DNA of 64,000 bases, from contig CBIHNU010000013.1 in assembly GCA_966211585.1 (NCBI GenBank), positions 36,384-100,383 of the forward strand. Direction: 5' to 3'. Shown here one piece after another: positions 16,893 through 27,054 of the stretch. The notes beneath the pieces are model-generated. The model saw only the letters and a list, made by a program, of their open reading frames with translations. It ran no database searches and was not told the DNA's origin. A program made the translations under genes and the position numbers. The DNA comes from an uncultured Noviherbaspirillum sp. (lineage in GTDB: Bacteria > Pseudomonadota > Gammaproteobacteria > Burkholderiales > Burkholderiaceae_D). The number at the start of each line of letters is the position of its first letter. The first letter of the stretch is position 1.

Positions 16893-17203
16893 TGAACCTC
16901 CTGAATCATCGCGGTAAGCGAAGGACCCATAGCTCTGCGGCGATAGGCACTTGTACATACCGTGAATCAGAAACATCATCTGTCGTCACGAGCAGTGACA
17001 GGCAGACGGCGGAATCGTTTGCTTTGGACCGCCGGCGATGTGGAGCGCCGAATCAGTGGCAAACGACTTTTTTCGGGGGAGAAGGCGGACGCCTTTTGAA
17101 AACACTCCTTAAAATGTCATGTGGGACCCCGATCCCGTGAATGATGAGTTTTTTGATCAGCGTTGCCGGCGATGCCAAGCTCGCGTCCTCATCAAGTTGC
17201 GCG

Positions 17204-17233
17204 AATTTTAGGGGGCTGTTTATATCAAGTCAA
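17204..17233 (-). promoter_or_regulatory. Putative sigma70 promoter for the SLT gene
   Basis: Minus strand TTGACT (17233-17228), 18-nt spacer, TAAATT (17209-17204). Confidence 0.45.
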
Positions 17234-17364
17234 TACTAAAGATGTGATTCTTAATTACTTCTAAATCTTATTATTTCGCTGCACTGCAACAAAACATTAA
17301 TAAAATCAACTACTTGGATTCGCAATTAAAAGATAAGAGTGAATCTCAAACATTGTGAAAAATC

Positions 17365-18849
17365 ATGAAATATTCAGACTTGCGAGATTTTATTTCCCAA
17401 TTGCAACAATTGGGCGAATTAAAACGGATCTCGACACCGGTTTCCCCGTATCTGGAGATGACCGAGATCTGCGACCGCACATTGCGCGCCGGAGGGCCGG
17501 CGCTGCTTTTTGACAAGCCCGATGGCAAAACGATCCCGGTGCTCGCGAATCTTTTTGGCACCACGCGGCGCGTTGCGCTCGGCATGGGCGCCGAGGATAT
17601 CGGCGAACTGCGCCGGATCGGTCATGTGCTCGCGGCGCTGAAAGAACCGGAACCACCGAAAGCCCTGAAAGACGTATTGGGTCTCGGCTCGCTATTGAAA
17701 TCGCTATGGGACATGGCGCCCAGGGAGCAGCGTAGCGCGGCGTGCCAGGATGTGGTGTGGGAAGGCCATGACGTCGATCTTGGGAAACTCCCCATTCAAC
17801 ACTGCTGGCCGGGCGACGTCGCGCCATTGATTACCTGGGGCCTGGTAATTACCAAGGGACCGCACAAGAAGCGGCAAAATCTGGGGATCTATCGGCAGCA
17901 GGTGCTCGGCCGCAACAAGGTCATCATGCGCTGGCTCGCGCACCGTGGCGGAGCGCTCGATTTTCGCGAGCACGCCATCGTCAATCGCGGCAAGCCATAT
18001 CCGGTCGCGGTTGCACTGGGAGCCGATCCGGCCACCATTCTGGGCGCGGTAACACCGGTGCCGGACAGCCTGTCCGAATACCAGTTCGCCGGCCTGCTGC
18101 GCGGCAGCCGTACCGAGCTGGTCAAGGCGATCGGCAGCGAGCTGCGGGTGCCGGCCTCGGCCGAGATCGTGCTGGAAGGGCACATCTACCCGGACGAGTC
18201 GCATGCCACTGGTTATGAGCATGCGCTGGAAGGTCCGTACGGCGATCATACCGGCTACTACAATGAGCAGGACTGGTTCCCGGTATTCACGATCGACCGG
18301 ATCACGATGCGGCGCGACCCGATCTATCACTCCACGTATACAGGCAAGCCGCCCGATGAGCCTGCGATTCTTGGTGTCGCGCTGAACGAGGTATTCATTC
18401 CGTTACTGCAGAAGCAATTCACCGAAATCACGGATTTCTACCTGCCGCCCGAAGGCTGCAGCTACCGGATGGCGGTGGTACAGATGAAAAAATCCTATCC
18501 GGGGCATGCGAAGCGCGTGATGTTCGGCGTCTGGAGCTTCCTGCGCCAGTTCATGTATACCAAGTTTATTGTGGTGGTGGACGAGGATGTGAACATCCGG
18601 GACTGGAAAGAGGTGATCTGGGCGATCACGACACGAGTCGACCCGGTGCGTGACACCACCCTGGTCGACAACACGCCGATCGATTACCTTGACTTCGCGT
18701 CGCCGGTCAGTGGATTGGGCGGCAAGATGGGTATCGATGCGACCAACAAGTGGCCGGGCGAAACCAGCCGCGAGTGGGGACGCACGATTGAAATGACCGA
18801 TGAAGTAAAGGCGAAGGTCGATCGTATCTGGCAGGAACTCGGGCTGTGA
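17365..18849 (+). CDS. ubiD: 4-hydroxy-3-polyprenylbenzoate decarboxylase
   Basis: [36 protein letters not shown] motifs. 494 aa. Confidence 0.95.
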   Translation: MKYSDLRDFISQLQQLGELKRISTPVSPYLEMTEICDRTLRAGGPALLFDKPDGKTIPVLANLFGTTRRVALGMGAEDIGELRRIGHVLAALKEPEPPKALKDVLGLGSLLKSLWDMAPREQRSAACQDVVWEGHDVDLGKLPIQHCWPGDVAPLITWGLVITKGPHKKRQNLGIYRQQVLGRNKVIMRWLAHRGGALDFREHAIVNRGKPYPVAVALGADPATILGAVTPVPDSLSEYQFAGLLRGSRTELVKAIGSELRVPASAEIVLEGHIYPDESHATGYEHALEGPYGDHTGYYNEQDWFPVFTIDRITMRRDPIYHSTYTGKPPDEPAILGVALNEVFIPLLQKQFTEITDFYLPPEGCSYRMAVVQMKKSYPGHAKRVMFGVWSFLRQFMYTKFIVVVDEDVNIRDWKEVIWAITTRVDPVRDTTLVDNTPIDYLDFASPVSGLGGKMGIDATNKWPGETSREWGRTIEMTDEVKAKVDRIWQELGL

Positions 18850-18913
18850 CTGTTTTCGTATCGGCATGCTGCCGGTGCAACATCAAATACAGCAGACGTG
18901 CGCCGTTCTTTGC

Positions 18914-18922
18914 TGATAAAAT
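18914..18922 (+). promoter_or_regulatory. Extended -10 promoter for SRP RNA
   Basis: TG-a-TAAAAT ending 7 nt before the predicted 5' end of the RNA. Confidence 0.55.
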
Positions 18923-18929
18923 GAAGGTC

Positions 18930-19026
18930 GGCGGGCCCCTACGCATTGCGGCATGGCCAACCTGGTCAGGTCGGGAACGAAGCAGCCACAGCTATTTCCC
19001 GCAAGTGCCGTAGACAAGGCTCGCCC
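18930..19026 (+). ncRNA. ffs: Signal recognition particle (4.5S) RNA
   Basis: Domain IV core CAGGTCG-GGAA-CGAAGCAG. Termini GGCGGGC/GCTCGCC pair. About 97 nt, near dnaX-ybaB-recR. Confidence 0.95.
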
Positions 19027-19062
19027 CTTCTTTCTGTTTCACCTCTGTTTCAAATTCCCCTT

Positions 19063-20706
19063 CTATTCTGGCCAGGCCCGGTCCAGTATCTGCCGTTGCA
19101 ATGCGGGTGCGGCGAGCGTGCCGTAGACCCGGCCGCATTCGGCATCGATTCGGCTGGCAATGAATGCATCGGCAATCGGCGCCGGTGCGTGGCGCAGCAT
19201 CAGGCTTGCCTGGGTTGCCAGCACGAGCCGCTGCACGAAGCGGCGCGCCTGCATTTCCCTTTGCTCGGGCGGCGTATGCAAATCCTTGCGCAATCCGCCG
19301 GCCAGCGCCTGCAGGCCGGCATGCGCATGCGCCGACCGATCCAGTTCATCGAGCAGCAGCAGGAATCCTTCGGTTTCCCTTTCGACTGCGCGCAGTACAT
19401 CCAGGCACATCACATTGCCGGAACCTTCCCAGATCGAATTCACCGGCGCTTCGCGGTACAGGCGTGCCATCGGGCCGGTTTCGACATAGCCGTTGCCGCC
19501 CCAGACTTCCATGCATTCGCCGGTGAATTCGAGCGCGCGCTTGCAGATCCAGAACTTGGCAGCCGGGGTGACAATGCGGCGCCAAGCGCGTTCCAGCGGA
19601 TCGTCCGGTGTTTCGAATGCGCGCGCCAGGCGCAGCATCAGCAGCGTTGCCGCTTCGCTTTCCAGTGCCAGGTCCGACAGCACATTGCGCATCAGCGGCT
19701 GTTCGGCCAGCAGCTTGCCGAAGGCCGTGCGATGCCGGGCGTGGTGCGCGGCTTGCACAAAGGCTTGGCGCATCAGGCCGGCGCTGCCGATCACGCAATC
19801 GAGCCGGGTGTAATTCGCCATTTCGATGATGGTCGGGATGCCGCGGCCTTCGTCGCCGACCATCACGCCGTACGCATCCTGGAATTCCACTTCGCTGCTG
19901 GAATTGGAGCGGTTGCCGAGCTTGTCCTTCAGTCGCTGCACCAGCACCGCATTCTTGCTGCCGTCGGGCCGCCAGCGCGGCACGAAAAAGCAGGACAGGC
20001 CGGCGTCGGTACGCGCCAGCACCAGGTGCGCATCGCACATCGGCGCGGAAAAAAACCATTTGTGACCGGTCAGCAGGTAGGCCGCGCCGCGTCCTTCGCC
20101 GTTCAGCGGCCGCGCAGTGGTGGCATTGGTGCGGACGTCGGAACCGCCTTGCTTTTCGGTCATGCCCATGCCGATCAGCATCGAGCGCTTCTGTTCGAGC
20201 GGCAAGTCGCGCGGATCGTGTTCGCAGGAAAACAGTTTCGGCTGCAGCGTCGCAAACAGCGCCGGCTCGTTGCGCAGCACTGGAATCGAAGCGAACGTCA
20301 TCGTGGTCGGACACAGCGATCCGGCTTCCACCTGCGAATGCATGAAATAGCCGGCGGCACGCGCGATATGCGCGCCCGGCTTCGGTTGCATCCATGGCAG
20401 CGCATGCAGGGCTTCGCGGCGCAACAGCGCGAGAAGCTGGTGCCAGCTTGGATGAAAATCGACCACATCGATGCGGCGGCCAAAGCGGTCGTGTGTGCTC
20501 AACTCGGGCAGGTGGTGGTTCGCCAGCTCGCCCAAATGCAATACTTCCTTGCTGCCCAGTTCGGCGCCGTAGTGCCTGAGCTGGTCTTCATGCCATTCCG
20601 CGCCGCCGTGCCGCACGCCATCGCTGAGCGCCACGTCGGTGGTGAAAAGGTTGTAATCCTGAAGTTCGGGGACCTGGTTGGTGACTTCATGTGTGGGCCA
20701 TTGCAT
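19063..20706 (-). CDS. aidB: AidB-like acyl-CoA dehydrogenase
   Basis: CPTTMTFA, GMGMTEKQGGSDVR, GHKWFFSAPMCD, KLGNRSNSSSEVEF, SIWEGSGNVMCLDVLR match the AidB subfamily. Confidence 0.85.
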   Translation of the reverse strand: MQWPTHEVTNQVPELQDYNLFTTDVALSDGVRHGGAEWHEDQLRHYGAELGSKEVLHLGELANHHLPELSTHDRFGRRIDVVDFHPSWHQLLALLRREALHALPWMQPKPGAHIARAAGYFMHSQVEAGSLCPTTMTFASIPVLRNEPALFATLQPKLFSCEHDPRDLPLEQKRSMLIGMGMTEKQGGSDVRTNATTARPLNGEGRGAAYLLTGHKWFFSAPMCDAHLVLARTDAGLSCFFVPRWRPDGSKNAVLVQRLKDKLGNRSNSSSEVEFQDAYGVMVGDEGRGIPTIIEMANYTRLDCVIGSAGLMRQAFVQAAHHARHRTAFGKLLAEQPLMRNVLSDLALESEAATLLMLRLARAFETPDDPLERAWRRIVTPAAKFWICKRALEFTGECMEVWGGNGYVETGPMARLYREAPVNSIWEGSGNVMCLDVLRAVERETEGFLLLLDELDRSAHAHAGLQALAGGLRKDLHTPPEQREMQARRFVQRLVLATQASLMLRHAPAPIADAFIASRIDAECGRVYGTLAAPALQRQILDRAWPE

Positions 20707-20812
20707 GGCGGATATCCTTTTCTCTTTTCTCAATGATGATTACATCAACCCAAGTCTATAACTTGCGTCGGCTCAGGTAAAATGAGGCCTACTTCTAATC
20801 GTCTGCCTGCCC

Positions 20813-22699
20813 ATGTCTTATCAAGTTCTCGCCCGAAAGTATCGCCCGAAGAGCTTCGACACGCTCGTCGGACAAGAACATGTCGTGCGGGCGCTGACGC
20901 ATGCGCTGGAGCAGCAGCGTCTGCATCATGCGTATCTGTTTACCGGCACGCGCGGCGTCGGCAAAACCACGCTGTCGCGCATTCTTGCCAAATCCCTGAA
21001 TTGCGAAACAGGCATTACCGCGCAGCCGTGCGGTATCTGCGAAGCGTGTATCGCGATCGATGCCGGCCGGTTTGTTGACTACATAGAAATGGACGCGGCG
21101 TCGAACCGCGGCGTCGACGAGATGGCGCAGCTGCTGGAACAGGCGGTGTATGCGCCGTCCAACGCCCGTTTCAAGGTCTACATGATCGACGAAGTGCACA
21201 TGCTGACCAACCATGCGTTCAATTCGATGCTGAAGACGCTGGAAGAGCCGCCGGAGCATGTGAAATTCATTCTCGCAACCACCGACCCGCAAAAGATTCC
21301 GGTAACCGTGCTGTCGCGTTGCCTGCAATTCAACCTGAAGCAGATGCCGCCCGGACATATCATCGGCCACTTGGAAAACATTCTCGGCCAGGAAGACATT
21401 GCCTTCGATGCGCCCGCTCTGCGCCTGCTTGCGCAGGGTGCGCACGGCTCGATGCGCGATGCGCTGTCGCTGACCGATCAGGCGATTGCCTACGCAGCCG
21501 GGAAGGTGACGCTGGAAGCGGTGCAGGGCATGCTGGGCGCGCTCGACCAGTCGTACCTGATTCGGGTGCTTGATGCGCTGGCATCGAAAGACGGCGCCGG
21601 CCTGCTGGCCGTGGCCGATGAAATGGCGACGCGCAGCCTGTCGTACAACGCCGCGTTGCAGGATCTGGGAACCTTGCTGCATCGGATCGCGTTGGCGCAA
21701 ACGGTGCCGGCTGCGCTGCCGGACGATCTGCCGGAGCGGGAAGACATCATGCGGCTGGCAGCCGCGTTCGATGCCGAGGAAGTGCAGCTGTTTTACCAGA
21801 TTGCCGTGCACGGCCGCAATGAACTGAGTCTTGCGCCGGACGAGTACGCCGGCTTTTCGATGACCTTGTTGCGCATGCTCGCGTTCCGGCCCGGCATCGG
21901 CGCTGCGGAAGCAAAGCCGCTGCCGCAGAGGCCGGCCGTAACGGCACCTGCCGCAGCAGCGGCACCGGTCGCGCGTTTGAGCGCTGCTGCGCCGCAAGCC
22001 GTGGCGAGTGCGCCGGTCGGCCGCCCGGCTGCTGCTATGAGCCCCGCGCGTGCCGCACTGGAAGCCGCGCGCAACGGCGGCAAGCTGCAACCGATTGCTG
22101 TTGCACCGGCTGCGCCGGTCCGGACGATCAACGAAGCGCCGCCACCACCTTGGGAAGAAGAATTGCAGCCGGTGATGGCCACAGAGGCTCAAAAAAAAAC
22201 TGAACAGCCATTGATGCCGGCGGAAGCCGTCACGCGCGAACCGGAAGCGCAATCCGCGCCAATCGCGCCCGTTGCCAGGATGCGCCCGCCCGATCCGACC
22301 CCGGTTCCGTCGCTGAACTGGGACGGCAACTGGCCGGCGCTGGCCGCGTCGTTGCCATTGCGCGGCGTCGTGCATCAACTGGCGCAGCAGAGTGAGTTGC
22401 TGCAATGCGAATTGCTGGGCGACGGTGCGCAATTCCATTTGCGGATTCCGGTCGACACGCTGCGTTCTGCCGGCGCCGTCGACAAGCTGGCGAATGCATT
22501 GTCCGAGCATTTCGGCAAAACGATCCGTGTGCAGACCGAGATCGGTGCGGTCGAGCAGACCGCCAATGCGGCGGCGGTCGCGGAACGCGAGGCGCGTCAG
22601 CGCCAGGCAGAGCAGAACTTGCATAGCGATCCTTTCGTGCAGACACTGATGCGCGAATTCGGCGCGACCATCGTGCCCGGATCGATCAAACCCGTTTAA
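20813..22699 (+). CDS. dnaX: DNA polymerase III subunit tau/gamma
   Basis: [33 protein letters not shown]. Pro/Ala linker and C-terminal tau domain. Confidence 0.97.
   Translation: MSYQVLARKYRPKSFDTLVGQEHVVRALTHALEQQRLHHAYLFTGTRGVGKTTLSRILAKSLNCETGITAQPCGICEACIAIDAGRFVDYIEMDAASNRGVDEMAQLLEQAVYAPSNARFKVYMIDEVHMLTNHAFNSMLKTLEEPPEHVKFILATTDPQKIPVTVLSRCLQFNLKQMPPGHIIGHLENILGQEDIAFDAPALRLLAQGAHGSMRDALSLTDQAIAYAAGKVTLEAVQGMLGALDQSYLIRVLDALASKDGAGLLAVADEMATRSLSYNAALQDLGTLLHRIALAQTVPAALPDDLPEREDIMRLAAAFDAEEVQLFYQIAVHGRNELSLAPDEYAGFSMTLLRMLAFRPGIGAAEAKPLPQRPAVTAPAAAAAPVARLSAAAPQAVASAPVGRPAAAMSPARAALEAARNGGKLQPIAVAPAAPVRTINEAPPPPWEEELQPVMATEAQKKTEQPLMPAEAVTREPEAQSAPIAPVARMRPPDPTPVPSLNWDGNWPALAASLPLRGVVHQLAQQSELLQCELLGDGAQFHLRIPVDTLRSAGAVDKLANALSEHFGKTIRVQTEIGAVEQTANAAAVAEREARQRQAEQNLHSDPFVQTLMREFGATIVPGSIKPV
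22191..22203 (+). other. Candidate recoding site in dnaX (A9 run with immediate -1-frame stop)
   Basis: CAA AAA AAA ACT GAA. The -1 frame reads AAC TGA (stop at 22201-22203). Confidence 0.6.
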
Positions 22700-22716
22700 C
22701 TTCAAGGAGTACGACC

Positions 22717-23043
22717 ATGATGAAAGGCCAACTGGCAGGGCTGATGAAGCAGGCCCAGGCGATGCAGGACAACATGAAGAAGATGCAGGAACAGCTTGCG
22801 TCGATCGAAGTGGAAGGCGAGTCCGGCGCGGGCATGGTAAAGGTCGTGATGACCTGCAAGAACGATGTCAAGCGCGTGACCATCGATCCGTCGCTGCTGG
22901 GCGACGACAAGGACATGCTGGAAGACCTGGTTGCTGCCGCATTCAACGATGCGGTGCGCAAGGCGGAAGCGACTTCGCAGGAAAAAATGTCGGGCATGAC
23001 CGCCGGCCTGCCGCTGCCGCCGGGCTTCAAGATGCCGTTTTAA
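22717..23043 (+). CDS. ybaB: YbaB/EbfC nucleoid-associated protein
   Basis: [37 protein letters not shown]. Lies between dnaX and recR. Confidence 0.95.
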   Translation: MMKGQLAGLMKQAQAMQDNMKKMQEQLASIEVEGESGAGMVKVVMTCKNDVKRVTIDPSLLGDDKDMLEDLVAAAFNDAVRKAEATSQEKMSGMTAGLPLPPGFKMPF

Positions 23044-23048
23044 ACAGC

Positions 23049-23360
23049 ATGATTCTCGAAGTCGCTCAGCTCGACGTGATTCCCGGCCAGGAGACGGCGT
23101 TCGAAGCCGCTTTCGGGCAGGCGCAGTCCATCATCGCTTCGATGAAGGGCTACCTGTCTCATGAGCTGCAGCGCTGCGTCGAGCATGCCAATCGCTATGT
23201 GCTGCTGGTGCGGTGGCAAACGCTGGACGACCATACGATCGGTTTTCGCCAGTCGCCGCAGTACCAGCAGTGGCGCAAGCTGCTGCATCATTTTTACGAT
23301 CCGTTCCCGACCGTGCTCCACTATGAGCCGGTATCTGATGGCGCACTGAAACCTGCGTAG
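23049..23360 (+). CDS. Antibiotic biosynthesis monooxygenase (ABM) domain protein
   Basis: FEAAF...GYLSHEL...YVLLVRW...HTIGFRQS pattern. 103 aa. Confidence 0.85.
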   Translation: MILEVAQLDVIPGQETAFEAAFGQAQSIIASMKGYLSHELQRCVEHANRYVLLVRWQTLDDHTIGFRQSPQYQQWRKLLHHFYDPFPTVLHYEPVSDGALKPA

Positions 23361-23367
23361 TGCCGAC

Positions 23368-23964
23368 GTGAAATCTCCTTCCAGCCTCGAATTCCTGACC
23401 GAAGCCTTGCGCCGCCTGCCCGGCGTCGGACCGAAGTCGGCGCAACGCATGGCCTACCACCTGATGCAGCACGACCGCGACGGCGCGGCGATGCTCGGAC
23501 GCGCGCTGTCGCAGGCAGTCGAGCGCGTGCACCACTGCGCCAGGTGCAATACCTTCACCGAACACGACGTGTGCGAAACCTGTCTCGACAGCGAGCGCGA
23601 CGCAACGCTGCTGTGCGTGGTCGAATCACCGGCCGATCAATTGATGATCGAGCAGACACTTACGTACAAGGGCTTGTATTTCGTGCTGATGGGTCACCTG
23701 TCGCCGCTGGACGGTATCGGCCCGAAGGACATCCACCTCGAAAAGCTGATTGCACGCGCCACCGACGGCGAGGTGCAGGAAGTGGTGCTCGCCACCAATT
23801 TCACCAACGAAGGCGAAGCGACCGCGCACTACATCAGCGAGACGCTGAAGGCGCGCGGCCTGAAGGTCAGTCGCCTGGCGCGCGGCGTGCCGGTCGGCGG
23901 CGAGCTGGAGTACGTGGATGCGGGAACGATTGCCCGCGCAATGCTGGATCGCCGGTCGACGTAG
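23368..23964 (+). CDS. recR: Recombination mediator RecR
   Basis: [12 protein letters not shown]4 Zn finger (CARC..C..C), Toprim [19 protein letters not shown] start. Confidence 0.96.
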   Translation: MKSPSSLEFLTEALRRLPGVGPKSAQRMAYHLMQHDRDGAAMLGRALSQAVERVHHCARCNTFTEHDVCETCLDSERDATLLCVVESPADQLMIEQTLTYKGLYFVLMGHLSPLDGIGPKDIHLEKLIARATDGEVQEVVLATNFTNEGEATAHYISETLKARGLKVSRLARGVPVGGELEYVDAGTIARAMLDRRST

Positions 23965-24002
23965 AAGCCTCACGTTGCCCGGTGCCGGACAGGAGCTCGA
24001 CG

Positions 24003-24662
24003 ATGTTCGTTCACTCGGCAGAAAACCAGAGCTGGCTGCGTGCCCGGTGGCAGGGGTTGGTAACGCCGTCGTCGCCGGACCGTTCGGCAGCGGATGCGAT
24101 TTGGGATGCGTTGGTGCGCCATTATTCGGAACCGCAGCGCGTGTATCACAACCTGTCCCATGTGATGACGTTGCTGCGCCATGCGGATGCGGAGCGTGCG
24201 AACATTCACCGGCCGGACGTCGTCGAGTTCGCCATCTGGTTTCACGACGCGATTTACGATACCCGAGCACATGACAACGAACAGCGCAGCGCGGCGTGGG
24301 CGCGCCATGCGATGCTGGGCATGGGCATCGATCCGCACATCATCGACGCAGTCGCGCAATGCATACTCGCCACCCGGCGGCATGAAGTGAGCGCGCATGA
24401 GCTCGTCGATCTGCCGCTGTTTCTCGATCTCGACCTTGCGATTCTCGGCGCACACGAGGAAACCTACCGCCAGTACAGCAACGCGATCCGTGCCGAATAC
24501 GGCTGGGTGCCGGGGCCGGCTTATCGCGAGGGACGAACCCGGATATTGAAACACTTCCTCGAAAGGCCGACCTTGTTTTTCACGCCGGCGCTGGCCGCCC
24601 GCTACGAAATGCAGGCGCGGCGCAATATCGAGTGGGAGCTGCAGGAACTGTCTTCTTCGTAA
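24003..24662 (+). CDS. Predicted metal-dependent HD-superfamily phosphohydrolase
   Basis: YSEPQRVYHNLSH, WFHDAIYD, FLDLDLAILG, IRAEY motifs. Confidence 0.8.
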   Translation: MFVHSAENQSWLRARWQGLVTPSSPDRSAADAIWDALVRHYSEPQRVYHNLSHVMTLLRHADAERANIHRPDVVEFAIWFHDAIYDTRAHDNEQRSAAWARHAMLGMGIDPHIIDAVAQCILATRRHEVSAHELVDLPLFLDLDLAILGAHEETYRQYSNAIRAEYGWVPGPAYREGRTRILKHFLERPTLFFTPALAARYEMQARRNIEWELQELSSS

Positions 24663-24673
24663 TCAGGGTGGAT

Positions 24674-25918
24674 ATGGCAGAAAAACAATCGACCGGCCCG
24701 CTGGCCGGCATCAAGGTACTGGAGCTCGGCACGCTGATCGCGGGGCCGTTCTGCTCGCGCATGCTGGCCGAGTTCGGCGCAGAAGTCATCAAGATCGAAG
24801 CGCCTGACGGCGGCGACCCGATCCGGCAATGGCGGGTGCTGAAGGACGGCACCTCGCTGTGGTGGTCGGTGCAGTCGCGCAACAAGAAGAGCGTCACGCT
24901 CAACATGAAGGACGCGGCCGGCCAGGAGATCGCGCGCCGGCTGGCGCTGGATGCCGACATCATCATCGAGAACTATCGTCCCGGCGTGCTGGAGAAATGG
25001 GGCATCGGTTACGAGGACCTGAAAAAGATCAATCCGGCGACCATCATGGTGCGCCTGTCCGGATACGGCCAGACCGGGCCGATGAAGGATTTGCCGGGTT
25101 TCGGCGCGATCGGCGAATCGATGGGCGGCATGCGCTACGTGTCCGGCCATCCCGACCGGCCGCCGGTGCGCATCGGGATTTCGATCGGCGACTCGCTGGC
25201 GGCATTGCATGGCGTGATCGGCGCGATGATGGCGCTACGCCATCGCGATGTCAGCGGTGGGCGCTGGAACGGCAAGCACGGTGAGCAGTGCGTGGCCGGG
25301 CAGGGGCAGATGGTCGACGTCGCGCTGTACGAATCGGTATTCAACGTGATGGAATCTCTGGTGCCGGAGTACGACCACGCGGGTGTGGTGCGCGAACGCA
25401 CCGGCGGCGCGCTGCCGGGCATCGTGCCGTCGAATACCTACACCACGCGGGGCGGCGAGAACATCGTCATCGCCGGCAACGGCGATGCGATCTTCAAGCG
25501 CCTGATGCTGGCGATCGGGCGCGACGACATGGCGAACGATCCGCAGCTCGCGCGTAATGACGGCCGCGTGCCGCGCACCGGAGAAATCGACGATGCGATC
25601 CAGGCCTGGTGCGCCACGCAGGACATCGAGTCCGCGCTGGCGACGCTGAAGGCGGCCGACGTCCCGGTCGGCAAGATCTATTCGGTGCGCGACATGATGA
25701 GCGATCCGCAATTCCTCGCGCGCAGCATGTTCGAGCAGCATCGCTTTGCGGACGGTACGCCGATCAAGCTGCCGGCGATCACACCCAAGCTTTCCGAGAC
25801 ACCGGGCGAGACGAAATGGCTCGGTCCGGCACTCGGCGAGCACACCTCTGAAGTGTTGCGCGGGCTGGGTTATGATGACGAGCGCATCGCGCAGCTGCGA
25901 CGCGATCACGTCATTTGA
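24674..25918 (+). CDS. CaiB/BaiF family (class III) CoA-transferase
   Basis: GPLAGIKVLELG, RNKKSVTLN, ENYRPG, catalytic Asp in SIGDSLA. Confidence 0.92.
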   Translation: MAEKQSTGPLAGIKVLELGTLIAGPFCSRMLAEFGAEVIKIEAPDGGDPIRQWRVLKDGTSLWWSVQSRNKKSVTLNMKDAAGQEIARRLALDADIIIENYRPGVLEKWGIGYEDLKKINPATIMVRLSGYGQTGPMKDLPGFGAIGESMGGMRYVSGHPDRPPVRIGISIGDSLAALHGVIGAMMALRHRDVSGGRWNGKHGEQCVAGQGQMVDVALYESVFNVMESLVPEYDHAGVVRERTGGALPGIVPSNTYTTRGGENIVIAGNGDAIFKRLMLAIGRDDMANDPQLARNDGRVPRTGEIDDAIQAWCATQDIESALATLKAADVPVGKIYSVRDMMSDPQFLARSMFEQHRFADGTPIKLPAITPKLSETPGETKWLGPALGEHTSEVLRGLGYDDERIAQLRRDHVI

Positions 25919-25927
25919 GGAGACAGC

Positions 25928-26965
25928 ATGAACAAGAATTTCTGGAAGCAGTTCGCCATCGCGCTGGGACTGTTCCTGCTTGGTTACTTCACGCTCGGGC
26001 AGGTTTTTGCGCAGAGCGTCGAAAAGCAGAAGGTATCGATCGCGGTCGGCGGCAAGAATCTGTTTTATTACCTGCCGCTGACGATCGCCGAACAGCTCGG
26101 CTATTTCAAGGACGAAGGACTGCAGGTCGAGATCAGCGATTTCGCCGGCGGTTCGAAAGCGCTGCAGGCACTGGTCGGCGGTAGCGCCGATGTGGTGTCC
26201 GGCGCCTACGAACACACGATCAACATGCAGGCCAAAGGGCTGCCGATCAAGGCTTTCGTGCTGCAGGGACGGGCGCCGCAGATCGTGCTCGGCGTGTCGA
26301 CCAAGACCATGCCGAACTACAAATCGATTGCCGACCTGAAGGGCAAAAAGATCGGCGTGACCGCGCCGGGTTCGTCGACCAACATGATGGCGAACTTCGT
26401 GCTGGCGAAGGCCGGCCTGAAGCCGACCGACGTGTCGTTCATCGGCGTCGGCGCTTCTTCCGGCGCGCTGTCGGCACTGCGCTCCGGCCAGATCGATGCG
26501 ATCGCGAATCTCGACCCGGTGATCACGATGCTGGAACAGAAACATGAGATCAAGGTGGTGGCGGATACACGCACGCTGAAGGACACGCAGGACGTGTTCG
26601 GCGGACCGATGCCGGCCGCGACGCTGTACACCAACGAGGCCTTCCTGCAAAAATATCCGCACACCGCGCAGGCGCTGACCAATGCGATGGTGCATGCGCT
26701 GAAGTGGCTGCAGACCGCCGGCCCGTCGGACATCATCAAGGTGGTGCCGGAAAACTATCTGTTGGGCGATCGGGCGCTGTACATCGAGGCTTTCCTGAAG
26801 GTACGCGAGGCGCTGTCGCCGGACGGCATCATGCCCGAAGCCGGCCCGAAGACCGCACTGCGCACGCTGAAGGCGTTCGAGCCCGCACTGGCCGGCAAGC
26901 AAATCGACCTTTCAAAGACCTATACCAACGAATTCGCGAAGAAGGCCAACGCGAAATTCAAATAA
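25928..26965 (+). CDS. NitT/TauT family ABC transporter substrate-binding protein
   Basis: LPLTIAEQLGYFKDEGL, LKGKKIGVTAPGSST, signal peptide. Confidence 0.9.
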   Translation: MNKNFWKQFAIALGLFLLGYFTLGQVFAQSVEKQKVSIAVGGKNLFYYLPLTIAEQLGYFKDEGLQVEISDFAGGSKALQALVGGSADVVSGAYEHTINMQAKGLPIKAFVLQGRAPQIVLGVSTKTMPNYKSIADLKGKKIGVTAPGSSTNMMANFVLAKAGLKPTDVSFIGVGASSGALSALRSGQIDAIANLDPVITMLEQKHEIKVVADTRTLKDTQDVFGGPMPAATLYTNEAFLQKYPHTAQALTNAMVHALKWLQTAGPSDIIKVVPENYLLGDRALYIEAFLKVREALSPDGIMPEAGPKTALRTLKAFEPALAGKQIDLSKTYTNEFAKKANAKFK

Positions 26966-26966
26966 T

Positions 26967-26994
26967 CGGGTTGCCGGCACACACCGGCAACCCG
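26967..26994 (+). repeat. Perfect 11-bp hairpin between the SBP and ATPase genes
   Basis: CGGGTTGCCGG-CACACA-CCGGCAACCCG with no U-tract, so probably an mRNA-stabilising element. Confidence 0.6.
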
Positions 26995-27054
26995 CTCCTG
27001 TCACCCGTTTCGCATGTTTCGGAGGAAGCCCGCGCCCGCGGGCTCGGCTCGACG

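Noticed and set aside
18946-20736. 596-aa plus-strand ORF
   Set aside because: Begins inside the SRP RNA and is antisense to aidB.
20795-22705. 636-aa minus-strand ORF
   Set aside because: Antisense shadow of dnaX.
25235-26902. 555-aa minus-strand ORF
   Set aside because: Antisense to the CoA transferase and ABC SBP genes, with no recognisable domain.
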